This document shows, piece by piece, positions 36,901 to 50,026 of a DNA stretch of 64,000 nucleotides. Within the stretch, counting starts at the first letter, position 1; each line of letters opens with the position of its first letter. The position numbers and the translations under genes are program-made. Source of the DNA: Octopus bimaculoides (taxonomy: Eukaryota); contig NC_069000.1 in NCBI RefSeq assembly GCF_001194135.2, positions 6,784,633-6,848,632 on the forward strand, given 5' to 3'. The notes beneath the pieces are model-generated. The model was not told the origin of the DNA. It was given only the letters and a program-made list of their open reading frames with translations, and made no database searches.

Positions 36901-39900
36901 ATCAGTCATATTCGGAGAAAGAATTGAACATCTGGTTTACTAATAAGACTGAGCCAGCTAAAATCTTCACAAAAGTCTGTTGCCACTGATCTCAGTAAAT
37001 CTTGAGGGGCATACCTCAAAAATAATAGACAAAAGGTGTAATTGATATAATAAAGTACCTACCTCTTTTGTTACTATCTTCTTGGCACAATCCCATGTTC
37101 CTTTATAGACTACAGATTCCCCTGGCAGAGGTTTGGGCATTGTCTGGAGCCGAACCTAAAAAGAGACATGAGTTTTATTTTACACAGATAATATTTATTT
37201 CACACCACTTGAATATCTTCCACTAACTAATCCAACAAAAGCAACCTTAATCCTTCCCAAAGCTGAGGTCAACTTTGTCTTTCGTCCTTTTGGGGGTCAA
37301 TTAATAAGTATCAGTTACGAACTGGGGTCGATGTAATCGATCTACCCTCTCTCAACTGAGTGGACATGCAGTAATGGTGGAGGTAGCTCATGACAGATGT
37401 TGTAAGGCTAACGTGTATAGACCCTGGGTATCTATATAAGATTTTTTTGAGTCCACAGATGCATTGTAGTAAATTGGGGGTCCACAGTAATTTTTCAGGG
37501 GTCATGAAAAAATTGTGCTTCAGACCAGTAAAGTTTATGTGCAATAAATTGGTTATACATCCATAAAACACAAAATATTTTAACATTTGTATACAAGCTC
37601 TGAAATACTTAATTATGAAAAATATAATATAATTTTTTTAAACATCAAATGGCTATGAGGGTCCACCCAAGTTAAATAGGAATCAAAAGGGTCCATAGGT
37701 AAAACATGGTTGAGAACACCTGGGTTAAAACATGATAGAGGGACAGAAACAAGTGTTTTGCTATACAAGAAATGCATGGTTCCTCTAGGGAATGGAATCT
37801 GATGCAGCTCCTGTCAAACCATCCAACCCATGCCAGCATGGAAAGGCAAAGGATGATGATGACATATAGACAGACAGTAGCTAAATAAAGAGATAGTATT
37901 CCATCCTTCACAAAAAAGTCTTACAACCTACATTTAGAAAAACAGTTGTTTTATGACATTAAATATTTATTCTCATACATAATTTAATGTTTTAACAAAG
38001 CTATATATCTAAGACATGGTATTCACAAAACTTTCCTCAAACTCATAATGTAAGATGGTCGCCCATAAAAAAAAATACCTTTTCCCACAATTCCATGGAT
38101 AATTCTCACGGTCACAACATGAGGCTGCATTTTGAAGTAAAATAACAACAATTTTAATTATTCCAAAATTGTTTAATGTAATTACTTGTGAAATTTGTCA
38201 GTCGGTTCTGACTCACAGCTCAGCACATTGAGCAAGCGTCTTCTACTGTAGCCTCAAGATTGACCAGTGCTACGTGAGTGAAATTACTAGACGATAAATT
38301 GCATGGAAGCTCATCATATACACACATATATATACATATATGTATACTATGGGCTATCTGCAACATCAGTGTCCCAAAAAAGATACTGATATTTTATATA
38401 TCATAGCAATGAGATTTGACTAGCATTCAGTAACCAGATGCCTTCCACTGATGATCTCCAGTAGAATGAAATCACGTAACAAGAGAGTTCTGGCACCCAT
38501 GACAGACAATCCTCATCTGCTATGATCTACATGTGTGCTTTTGTACACCAAGTACCTACATGAGAGGATCTCTCAAGGTTGGCATCCATGTTAAGGTGAC
38601 TATAAAGATTACCTTTTGGTATTAATGCTACTTCTGTTGCTAATAATTAATTTTTAATAAGCCCGTTGGTTATTTGCGATATCAATGTCTGAAAAGATGC
38701 TGGTTGCTTATATATTGTAGCAGTAATATAATGCTTGTTTACAACCATTGTGTAATATCTAGTCAAGGGTACACACAAACACACACCATCATCATTCTTT
38801 AACATCCTTTTTCCATGCTGGCATGGCTTAATATCTACTTTTCCATGCTTGAATGGGTCAGGGAACACACACACAGAGTCAGTCTTCCACCACTGTCCCC
38901 AATGTGACTTCTATGACACCAACAACATCACCATTTGGTGAACTGCTGTTTCTAGCACAAACACCAGACTACAATGGAGTACTGCCCATCCAGCTATCCA
39001 AATGGTAGGACCTACATAGATATACATTTCTTTGGCTGTGTTCTTGTGAAAATAGGCATTTGCACTCAAAATTCAAAGGTTTTTTTTAAACTTATTGCAT
39101 CATTAGAAGCTTTTCTTTTTTCTCATGCACACACACACACACATATATATGATGGGCCTCTTTCAGCTTCCATGTATCAAATCCACTCACAATGCTTTGG
39201 TCAAGCCAGAACTATAGTAGATATTTGTCCAAGGTGTCATGCAGTGGAACTGAACCCAAGACTATGTGGTTGGAAAACAAACTTCTTAACCACATTGCCA
39301 TGCCTGCACTGAAAATTATTAATTTCATTAAATTTAATGATGCTCATCAGTTTATATTGGATTCTTTTTTTCTTAAATTTACAGCTGTAATATAAAAGAG
39401 TGACGATTTGGCTATTATTGCTAACAAGTCAAACAACTAAATAAGCACAGACTTCCTCATTGCTTCAACAGGAGTTACATAAAAAAGTGAGAGTCAAACA
39501 AGTGGTGGTGTACTCTATACAGTGTGACTACAAGTACAGAGTGAGTTTCCAGCCAGAGACAAATTCAAAGTTCATATCTTAGTAACAAACTTAAAAGACA
39601 GAGTCATATTTATGAGTCTATCTTTTACTCTAACCTTCCCCCTCACCGCCACGGTCTCTCATATAAATATATGAGAGATAGGAAGGGGGATTAGCTTATC
39701 AATAGCTAAAAATCCTATATCATGACCTTGTTCAATAACCATGAGATAAAACTCATAACATCTTAACCACTTATAAGTACATCCCTCATACACCTTTCAA
39801 TCATATATATATATCCAATATAATAGATGTGAAGACTAATCTCTGTGTCAGTGTGTCACACTTCGACCCCTTCTCTCACAAAAATACAAAAGATGAAGAT

Positions 39901-40663
39901 AGGTAGTGTAGACAACAAACAGATGTATTAGTTTAATGCTCAGGAAGTGAAAAGGTCATTAACGTTTCGAGCCTACGCTCTTCTGCAGAAAGAAACAGGG
40001 AGAGAAAATAAAGAATGTGTAGTGGCGAGCGATGTGTACACACACGCACACATACATGGCTGTGTGGCAAGAAGTTTACTTCTCAATGGCATGTTTCCAG
40101 GCAGGTTCAGTCCCACTGCATGGCACCTTGAGCAAGTGCCTTGTACTATAGCCTCAAGCCAACCAAAGCCTTGTGAGTGGATATGATAGACGGAAACTGA
40201 AAGAAGCTGATCATGTGTGCATCTTTGAGTTTGCATTTGTCCACCACTACCACCACTTGACAACCAGTGTTGGTGTGTTTACATCCCCCATAACTTAGCA
40301 GTTCAACAAAAGAGACTGACAGAATAAGTACCAGGCTTTAAAAAAAAAGTACTAAGGTCAATTCATTTGACTAAAAAATTCTCTAATGACTAAGATTAGA
40401 GTAATCCTACCCAAACAGGATACTTACTCATCCTCCCTATGTCTGTTTTTCAGGGGTTGATGAGTTAACAGAGGGTTTACAGTTAAAGTTATCTTTTTGG
40501 TCCTTAGAGGTATAAAAGGGAGTTGGGATTTATTTTAATCACAATACACACACATATATAAAGAAAGATAGAGAGAGAGAGAAAGGGGGGATGTGTGTGT
40601 GTGTGTACATAAACATATGGTCTGAGTATATTTGCAAAACAACACTCAATACAAATAGTAAAG

Positions 40664-40701
<38 letters not shown>

Positions 40702-42246
40702 ATGCACATTATTCTTTATACATTAATTACTCCAAGTTTCAAGTGTTAATTAATAAGTGATTAATCAAGTATTATAAGAATTACGATAGGTAAATAAATC
40801 TGGTTTGCTGAATGCACAATGACCCTTTAATTAAGAAAGTAAACTTAGAGTAACTAATGTTTAATTAGTAGCTTGTGTGTATGCATATATCATCATCATC
40901 TTTGAACGTCTGTTTTCCATGCTGGCATGGGTTGGACAGTTCGACCGGAGCTAGTAAGGTCAGTGTCCGCACCAAACACCATTGTTTGTTTTAGCGTGGT
41001 TTCTACGGCTAGATGTCCTTCCTAACACCAACCACTGTACAGAATGTACTGGGTGCTTTTTATGTGACACCGGCATTAGTGCTTTTTATATATAATGATG
41101 ATGATGATACAAATAAAGAGAAAGAACCCGCTGAATAGAAAAGGGGGTGGGATATATATGAATTTATTTCGTAGTCCTGTGAATTAAACAGAAGCTAAGA
41201 GCAAATGTCTACATCATTGACAACTCCTAAGATGGGGTAGCCATCTGTCTGATGTATGGTTAACCCTATTGGCATCAAGGGACAAAGAAAATATTAGTTG
41301 TGGATTTATACTTTGCTTAAAGGACATTAATATACAGAGTGGCGGAATTCTCTGAGTTCAAATCCTGACAGTCTTATCGACTATTCTTTTATAATTTCGT
41401 CTAGGATGCATTATAAGAATATTAAATTGACTCCAATACTTGAATGGTACTTTATTTAATCAACCAGGAAAAATGTAAGGCAAAACTGCCCAGCCGGACT
41501 TCAACTCAAAACGTAAAGGCCCATAACTAAACATCGCAAAGTATTTTGCCTGATATACCTTTTTTGCTAATCCACTTTACCTTTCTTCGCTCCGTGGGTC
41601 GATAAAATAAAGTAACAATCAAGTACTTGGGAAACTGATTTAATATTTCTTTAAAGCATCCTAGATGTGACTGAAGTTATAAAAAAACGGAAGTATTGAA
41701 ACAGTTACAAATGGAGATCTTTATATATTTCGCACACGGTTTATATACATACATATATACAAGTCTGTGCGTGTATATTTATATATATCGTAATGTAAGA
41801 GTAGTGAAATATATTTTGCATAGTTCAAACATTATAGAATATAATTGAGCAGAGTGGATAAGATATATCTATTATACTCAGAGAAGATTGTCGGCGTTTT
41901 TTTTATATATATCGTCAGTGTATCAAGTATCAGAAAAAGAAGCACACTTTTAAAGCATAAAGCAGTAATGTATTTATATGCAATTAAGTCTATGTCCAGT
42001 CATAGAGTGGTCAATGGTTTCACATCCATAAAAGGCCTAGCCCCATGAACATATATAGTAGTCTCGTGGTGAAAGTAATAATGTTAGGTGTGACAGGCAA
42101 AAAATACCTTGGTGTGAAAAATATGTTATCGAAAGTAAAAGTTGGTTTACCTTGATGGTATCTAACGGGTGACCAGTGAGAACGATACACATTCCACCAA
42201 AACCTCCAGCAATGAAATCTTTCGCAGGACTCACTTTCTTTGCCAT
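30924..42246 (-). CDS. SLC25A20: Mitochondrial carnitine/acylcarnitine carrier (CACT), complete spliced gene, 299 aa
   Basis: Nine GT-AG exons (42151-42246, 37063-37155, 36124-36251, 35243-35333, 34272-34392, 33882-33954, 33244-33353, 31718-31842, 30924-30986) totalling 900 nt. Three mitochondrial-carrier signatures ([30 protein letters not shown]) and the C-terminus [27 protein letters not shown]. Confidence 0.97.
31718..31842 (-). CDS. SLC25A20: SLC25A20 exon 8 [42 protein letters not shown]
   Basis: AG/GT, 125 nt. Confidence 0.95.
33244..33353 (-). CDS. SLC25A20: SLC25A20 exon 7 [36 protein letters not shown]
   Basis: AG/GT, 110 nt. Confidence 0.95.
33882..33954 (-). CDS. SLC25A20: SLC25A20 exon 6 [24 protein letters not shown]
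   Basis: AG/GT, 73 nt. Confidence 0.95.
34272..34392 (-). CDS. SLC25A20: SLC25A20 exon 5 [40 protein letters not shown]
   Basis: AG/GT, 121 nt. Confidence 0.95.
35243..35333 (-). CDS. SLC25A20: SLC25A20 exon 4 [30 protein letters not shown]
   Basis: AG/GT, 91 nt. Confidence 0.95.
35741..36020 (-). mobile_element. SINE-like repeat (copy 1 of a direct pair)
   Basis: GTTCCAGTTGATCCGATCAATG...GCTGAGTGGACTG...AAATAAAG...TCTTGCTCAA. Confidence 0.75.
36124..36251 (-). CDS. SLC25A20: SLC25A20 exon 3 [27 protein letters not shown]...
   Basis: AG/GT, 128 nt. Confidence 0.95.
36331..36558 (-). mobile_element. SINE-like repeat (copy 2 of a direct pair)
   Basis: Colinear with 35741-36020. Confidence 0.75.
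37063..37155 (-). CDS. SLC25A20: SLC25A20 exon 2 [31 protein letters not shown]
   Basis: AG/GT, 93 nt. Confidence 0.95.
40065..40385 (+). mobile_element. SINE family B copy
   Basis: GGCTGTGTGGCAAGAAG...GGTTCAGTCCCACTGCATGGCACCTTGAGCAAGTG...GGAAACTGAAAGAAGC. Confidence 0.85.
42151..42246 (-). CDS. SLC25A20: SLC25A20 exon 1 [32 protein letters not shown]
   Basis: ATG and donor |GTAAAC, 96 nt. Confidence 0.95.
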
Positions 42247-42249
42247 TTC

Positions 42250-42760
42250 TATTTCCTATTCGGGAACTGAAAATCGTAGTCGATTAATTATAAAACTAAG
42301 AACCTATCCCAAACTGCTGCAACTGAATCGACTTCAGGAGTCTCTATAGAATGCGAGGTCGAATTCTAGACCGACAACAAGAATGGTATCTGTCACCAAA
42401 CAACACGTGTTATATGACATAGAAAATATTTAGGTCGCCTCAGTCTAAAGTCCTGACAGGACAGAGTCAGAGGAGTGTGAATGCCCTTTATCGTGGGTGA
42501 CGTTATCAGTCAAATCATTAATCGACGATTATTAATTATATTCAGAACAACGACGGTGTTCCGCGATTATTTATAATATTGAGATCAGAGTTGGGGTTTA
42601 TTCAACGATATTTAATTATTCAGAGAACAACACGGCGATGTCAGTTCAAAGATATTTACTTATAACTGAGAACAGATGATGTTTAAAAAAAGATGATCGC
42701 GGAATAACAGAGGAGCAACGCATAGTTTTTAACGGTGTTAATGTAAAAAGGTAAACTTGT
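42250..42760 (-). promoter_or_regulatory. Probable SLC25A20 5' UTR/promoter, locally CpG-enriched
   Basis: Directly upstream of the ATG; more CpG than the intronic background; palindromic E-box AACACGTGTT at 42402-42411. Confidence 0.4.
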
Positions 42761-42949
42761 CAAAAAAATAATCAGCTATGACACCTACACGCACACTAAT
42801 CTACAATTATATAACTTTGGTGATGCATATAAGGAAAATAGAACTCGAGTATACGAATAATATTTTATTAAATATTTAATCCGCAGAAGTTACAAAGTTA
42901 CTTCAGAGCCCGGGAGTTTCGTTTATTGACACTTATCAAATTATATATA

Positions 42950-43045
42950 AGTTAATTGCCACATCAAAGTGGCTGTTCCATGTTACTACTAATTTAGCCC
43001 CAGGCAGTTTAACACGGAACAGCCACTTTGATGAGGCGATTAGCT
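42950..43045. repeat. Inverted repeat, 35-bp arms, 26-nt loop
   Basis: Arms 42950-42984 and 43011-43045, four mismatches. Confidence 0.9.
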
Positions 43046-45339
43046 TTACTTGTTCTCTTCTTGAGATTTTACAACAAACTATATATGTGTGTGTGTGTGT
43101 ATACAAACACACACACAGCTATTTTCGTAGACGATTGCAACATTCTGTTCTTATGAAGACATTGCACACTAGAAACAAGATAAAATTCAAATGTTATTTT
43201 ATAAGATAAATACATTTGGATTCTATGCTTTAAGTGTTATAGTCGCCCTGCTGTTCGTTTTACGGACACATGACTGTCTCCTTAGTCAAAATAATTAACT
43301 TTTGAAAGTCCCAGAGCCACCGAGTTATAAATAGGTACCACGCTTCTCTCCACCATTTCCCCCCTCTTTCTTTCTATTTCTTTCAATAACTTATAAAGGG
43401 CAATTGAAAATGCGGTATTTATGACCTTTGCGGGCCTGCATAGTTTAGGTCGGTAAAAACATTGCAGAGGTTTATCTTTATTGAGACGAAGAAGTGTGTA
43501 ATGTATTTAGGATGAAGTCGGGAAGGTGAGATAAAAAGTGCTGGGACGGGGTTGCGGGGTAAGATTTTAGGAAAGAAAATACCATCATTGCCGCAGGGAG
43601 GGAGAGAGAGAGAAAAGAAGCACTGGATTGGTTAACTAGCGATTGTTGCAGTCAAGTGTTCTTCTCTTAAGGAACGTTGTCTTGGATAGTAATTTTAAAT
43701 CTTCAAATATCAACACCTCCCCCGCCAAATATGCTTAGGAAATTGTTATCACTACTCCCTATCATCTTCATTAACCTTTTAACTGTGTAATTGAATTTCA
43801 TGGTCATTCCTGTAATGACGCCATTTATCTGCTTCGGCAATTTATTTCCAGCCCACCCACCCCTGTCGGTGTGGATTTCATATTCACCACTAAAAGTATT
43901 TGATACTCTTGTAGTGTACACTCGAGTGAAATTCCTCTCCCCTTTATTATGTATACGTGCATTCAAACGTAGCAGGTAACAGCTAGCTTTGGCCACTATT
44001 TGGACCCCGTTGTGTCCACTATTCTGATTGGTTGGTATTGGTGCAATTTGTCTCATACTCTGTTGCGCCAATTTGCAGTGTATAACCAGTCACAGCCTCT
44101 AAATAAAATCACGTGAGACAGCCTGTTCCTAACCCAGTTTTGAACCTACAACTCCTTATAAAAACCTAGCTTCTCCTTGCCTCAAGGTCTTTGGTTTCAG
44201 ACCTTTTAAGGTCTAGCCACTGACCACACGAGACAGCCAATTCCAGCGACAACACCACAGCAGTCATGTTGAGACTTACTAACTTCGTCCAACAGCATTA
44301 CAGCAACCTCCGTCTTTGTCGCCACCATCATCTTCTCAACATCGTCGACATCATCTCTACGTACACAACCCAAGAGAAATAACCCATAGCATCTGCACAA
44401 TATTTTTTTAAACACTCAAGGGAAAAAACCCATTTCATTGTTTATGTTCAATTACTTTGAATATTGATTTTTTGTGTGTTCAATTTCTAATTTTTGCAGA
44501 CAATATCACTTTGACACGTGAGTAGAACTCCTGTCTGGAAACCTCGTGACATACTTATATTGTTGATAAAAATCGATAATAGGGTCCCTCCAATGGATCC
44601 TTCTATCTACTACATATTACTAATATTTTATTTAAACAACCCAAGGGAAATAACCCATACCACCTGCAGTTTTTAACGAAGCGATCAATATTTGATTCTC
44701 ATGATCAACAGACCTAATTCTGCATTTTGCTACTCAGAGTTTTGAACTGCTAAACATTATTATTGCACTTTCTTCAAACATTTCATTCATATATTTATAT
44801 AACCTCTCTCACAAACCTCCAACAATCTTTCTTGCCAACCTCTCTCTCCAACCTCCAACAATCTCTTCCTCCTCCAACTGACAGTTTTTTGTACTTTTTC
44901 GTGATAAATTAAATACCAGTGAAACACTGGGGGCAATGTAATCAACTAGCTTCCTCCTCCCAAATTTCAGGCCTTGTGCCTTTAGTAGAAAGGATTATCA
45001 TTATCATATCATCATCATTTAATGTCCACTGTTTCCATGCTTTCAAGAGTCAAACAGAATTTGTTGGGGCAGATTTTCTACGGCAGGATACTCCTCCTGT
45101 TGCCAAGCTTCACCTGTTTCCAAGCAAGATGTAAATTTCATAGTATCATCCAGTGTTGAAAGGTTATGACATCAGGGTTTGTTTCGGTGCATTAGATGTT
45201 AGCAGCCACCAAATACATCACAGGAGATTGAGCAGACAGTTCAAAAACACGAGAGGTTGGTCAAATAAAGTAACAACTCCAGAAAGTTCTACTAAGGCCA
45301 TGTGATTAACAATAAAAAATTAGACTTCACTGAAATATT

Positions 45340-45960
45340 TAAACAGTGCTTACTGTTTGTTCAATGTCAGTTGTTTTATTTAGCAGTTACTGTTTGCATA
45401 ACTCTGTTTATTCAATGCATACTATTTGTTCACTGTTACTGTTGGTCTAGTCAAAGCATACTATTTGTTCAGTGTTTACTGCTTATTTAATGTTTGTTCA
45501 ATGTTTACTATTTGGTGGTTACAGTTTGTTCAATGTTTACCTTTCATTTAATATTTGCTGTTTGTTCAATGTTTACCATCTGTTTAATATTTGCCAGTTT
45601 AATTGTTGTTTATACAATGTTTATTGCAGTTCAATGTTTATTGTTGTTCAATGCTCAGTATTCATTCATTTTTTACTGTTTGTTCAGGGTTTACTATCTA
45701 ATCAATGTTTATAGTTTGTTCTATGTCCAGTGTTTAATAAATGTCTTATGATTGTTCAATATCTATTGATCTTAAATATTTACTGTCTCCAGTGTTGATT
45801 GCTGTTCAATGTTTATTATTATTTGATGTTTTTTGTTCATTCAATGTTTACTATTTGTTTGTTAAGCACTTACTGTTTGTCAATGTTTACTCTTTGATGT
45901 TCGCCATTACTCAGTGTTTGCTATTTCTTCATTGTTCACTGTCCATTCAAATATTTACTC
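45340..45960. repeat. Degenerate ~22-24 bp minisatellite
   Basis: Recurrent TGTTCAATGTTTACT(A/G)TT core. Confidence 0.85.
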
Positions 45961-46283
45961 GTTAACATTTATTCTGTGTTTTCCTGTTTGGGCAGGAACT
46001 ACCCACCCAACCACGCATCTGAATTACTTTTAACAAGCTGTTATCTCCCTTTAAATTTTGAATTCAAAGGGAAACCAGCCAGTCACCAGATCACAACCCA
46101 CTGGTCATCGTCATTTAATGTCTGTTTTCCATGTTAGCATGAGTTGGCTGGTTTAACTGGATCCAGAGGGCTGCAGGGCTGCATCAAGCTCCAATGTTGA
46201 ACTCCAATGTCAGCTTTAGCATTGTTCCTGTAGCTAGATAACCTCCCAAAAACCAATGTAAACTACTTGCCTTTCGTTTAGAC

Positions 46284-46614
46284 CAGTGGTTCTTAATTGG
46301 GATCCATATAAGATTTGGTGGTGGGGGGTACGCAACAAAGTAGTAAATTGGGGATCCAAAATGGTATTTTAAGGGACCCAGAAAATATTTTGCTTCAGAT
46401 GTATGCATTGCAAGAAACAGCTGCTTTCTTTCTCTAACATTTTACATAGTTCAAACTACACAAGTGAATGTGCGAGAAACAAAATAGGAATTTCGAAAGA
46501 ACTTTTTATAAAGCTAGTATATAAATATCGAATGGCTATGGGGGTCCACCAGAATAAAATAGTAATCAAAGGGGTCCATAGGTAAAAAGAAAAAAAAATA
46601 GTTGAAAATTCTTG
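46284..46614. mobile_element. hAT (Charlie-like) MITE
   Basis: Begins CAGTGGTTCT, ends GTTGAAAATTCTTG, flanked by imperfect 8-bp TSD GTTTAGAC/ATCTAGAC; related segment at about 37420-37720. Confidence 0.55.
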
Positions 46615-47399
46615 ATCTAGACAATGGGGTCGCTAAAGTAAAATATTACCCCAGTGCTGCCCAATTTGCCTCTTTTTTTCTTTTTTACTCACTTTCCGGT
46701 GCCCATCCCATCGGTAGGATATAACTAAAGCTATTCCACCCCGTTAGAAATAGTTATACGTTGTTATTTCCCTCTGGGTCATCCCTGATTGAGCTATAAA
46801 GGTATTCCTGTCATGACCGTTCACTTAATTCCCCCGCACCGAAGGCTGCAACTGCATTGCCCATTGTCCTTGCTTTTAAAAGATGATCGGGTGTGAAATG
46901 AAGGGATGTCTTGCTGCTATTTCTAACATGTCGATCGACCATACAGATTCGACAGTGTAGAGGCTGGATCATAGGGTCGTAATTCTGTATACGGAGTCGT
47001 TTCTAGCCACAATGTGAAGCTTTGGTCCTATGGCTAGCATTTAGGATCGAACCGTCTACTTTCACAATGCAGAATTCCAACACAGAGACAGAGAAGAAGA
47101 GGTAAAGAGAGAGGAAGCGGGGTAGAAGAAAGTGTGATAATAGTTTGTCTTCTGTGTTTGATCGACCTTTCACAAACGTGCTCACACACAACTACATAGA
47201 ACAGATAGCAGGGCTGCTCTTTAATGTTTGATCGGCCTATACACACACATATATATATGTACTTACATAAGTACATATAGTTGTATAAACACACACACAC
47301 ATGTAGGCGAGTCCAACTCATCAGCAGCAGCAGCGGCAGTAGCACAGCCTCTTTCTGAGATATCGGCCGAGCCTCTTTTTCACATGAGACAGGAGGAAA

Positions 47400-47488
47400 A
47401 TGGCGGAAGGTGGTCCTCCTGACTGTGCAAATCAAAAGAAAGAGATCGATAACTTACTGAAAACTGTACTAAAGAAGGGTGATACCTG
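47400..47488 (+). CDS. USP15: USP15 exon 1 (coding part)
   Basis: Strong Kozak AAAATGG, donor TG|GTAAGT, 89 nt. Confidence 0.93.
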
Positions 47489-48989
47489 GTAAGTAATCTA
47501 GCTTCAACTGTCGTCCAGCGATTTAGATTGTTTAATGTAGCTTTTTTCCAGTTTTAAATGCTATATATTTCTGCTGTTGTGTCGTCTCCCCTCTCCTTCC
47601 TCACAGCTTCAATGAATGTAGTTGAGGTTATATCATACATACTGTACATACTATATTGTACGTGTGCGCGCGTATATATCACATATATATATCATTTATA
47701 TAAATATATATAACGCATGCATATGTATTATATATATATATAACATTCACGTATATATATATATAGCTAGCTCATACATACACAAATTGTTGGAAGAACA
47801 CATTTTCATGTGAATACGGCGTATCTATTATATATGTATATGACATGAATAGAAATGTGTATAAGAGTCTCAAAAAGGAAAAAATAAAAAGACAGCTCTA
47901 TCTTATTGCTAAACATTTGATATTTCTGTTTTTTTTTGTTTTTTTTTTTAAGTATCAGGCGAAATGAAAGATATCACCCAAAACAACAACGAAAAAGACA
48001 AAAAAAAAAGCGTTTAAATTAAATTAACACCCCATCCGTTAGACATACATAAAAAAAGTATTGAAACTAATAATTAAAAAAAAAAGTGAGTAATTATTGT
48101 TATCGATTACCTGTTATTTATTTCTAGAAAGATTCTGTGAATTGTTTTTTTATTTTGATAAAAATTCCGAAGTTTCGGCGTTTCTTGCGAGCAAGGATAA
48201 ATACTAGTGTAGTTTATATTTCACTTCTCTTTCTCTCTCTCACTCCCTCATAACCACTCGTTATATCATTACTATCATCATCATCCCTCCACCACCATCC
48301 CTACCACCACCACCATCATCATCATCACTGTTATTACCGATGCTATCACCACCGCTACTTCCCCCACTACCATCGCCATCAATGCCACTACACACCACCG
48401 CCATTACCACCAACACCATTATCACCACCGTCACTGTCACGACGACGACGACCACCATCAATATGATAACCATCCCCATCAGCGCTCCCACCAGCATCAT
48501 CACCACTATAGTCTTTACCACGTCCGAGGAAATAACGTCATCGAATTGTTTCACTGGTTGTGATGTTTCTCCCTCCACTCCCTCCTCGCGGGGTGTTCTT
48601 TTATTCCATTTTTATTGAATACTCATCGAAAGGATAATCGATTAATTTATTATTTATTTTTAATGCTATTTTTCATTTAAAAATTTTGCTTTTCAATTTC
48701 ATGCATGGAAATCTAAGATGTATCATCGCACACGCACACACACACACTTTGGTAACCAACTGGATATACATAACGCAGGGTATTTTCATGAAAGTGCTTG
48801 TCTAATGTATGTGTGCATGCTTTTAAGTATACAAAGATTGACCGATTGAATAAATTGATTCAATACGTGTATAATAAGTCTATTATAATTTCTTGACTGT
48901 GACTTCGAAGCCTTGTCGGTTGCAGGCAATGCGAATTTTATATACACATACATATAGTATAATGTATTGTGTGTGTGTGTGTGATGTGT

Positions 48990-49030
<41 letters not shown>

Positions 49031-49994
49031 CTCATATTGTAGTGGACACAGGAATGTGTGTGTACTGTTTTATTTTCGGTTAAATCCCACCAGGAATATG
49101 GCTGCCAGAGCCGTCATCCTCGTGCCAAGTGTAAAATTAATTGCCTGGTCTACACTGTCTTCTGAAATGTCACATTATATCGATAGCTATATATATGTGT
49201 ATATATACACACATATATATATATATAGTGTGTGTGAAAGAGAGAGAGAGGAATAGCTAGGCGGAATGTTATTCTTATTCTGAACTCGGTGCTTGATCAT
49301 TTAGTAGAAATAGTTGTGTGTGTCTTTTCTTTTCACTTATAAATCTATCTAGATAGACATTCCGGACTAACAGGTTTTCATTTTATTTGTCTTCGAGGTT
49401 TCTTCTAGAAGAATTCCTCTTTCCTGAATCTCTTTCGCTCTCTCGCTCTCCCTTAGAAATGATTCGAGTCTTCTGATCGATCTCCATCGATATCAATAAT
49501 GTCTAGCCTTGGTGCTTCGTTTCACGTGAATATACTTCATATTTGTGGGTACTCGTAGTATAGAGTGGTAAGTGTTCTTGCCCGTGACGCAGGACACTGG
49601 TTCGATTCCCTGCCGGGGAGGCAGTTTTTTAGGAGCAGGCGTGGCTGTATGGTAAGAAGCTTACCTCTGAACCTCTTGGTCCCAGGTTCAGTCACACTGC
49701 ATGACACCATGGGTAAGCGTTTGCTATTGTATCCCTGGGTCGACCAAAACTTCGAGTGGATTTGGTTGACAGAAACTGAAAGAAGACCGTCGTATCTGTC
49801 CCCCATCACCGCTTGTTAACCGGTGTTGATATGTTTACGTCCTCGTAACTTAGCGGATTGGCAAAGAGATTGCTAGAAGTATGCTTAAAAAATACTGGAG
49901 TCGATTCGTTCGACTAAACCCTTCAAGGCGGTGCACCAGCATGGCCGCAGTCTAACGACTGAAAGACATCAGAACAGCCTAAAGATATATAGAT

Positions 49995-50026
<32 letters not shown>

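Noticed and set aside
43703-44071. 122-aa minus-strand ORF
   Set aside because: No recognisable motif, non-ATG start, no convincing splice context
49550-49620. Functional tRNA-His(GTG) or tRNA-Asp gene
   Set aside because: Acceptor and T stems are broken, U33 is replaced by C, and the body is Asp-type
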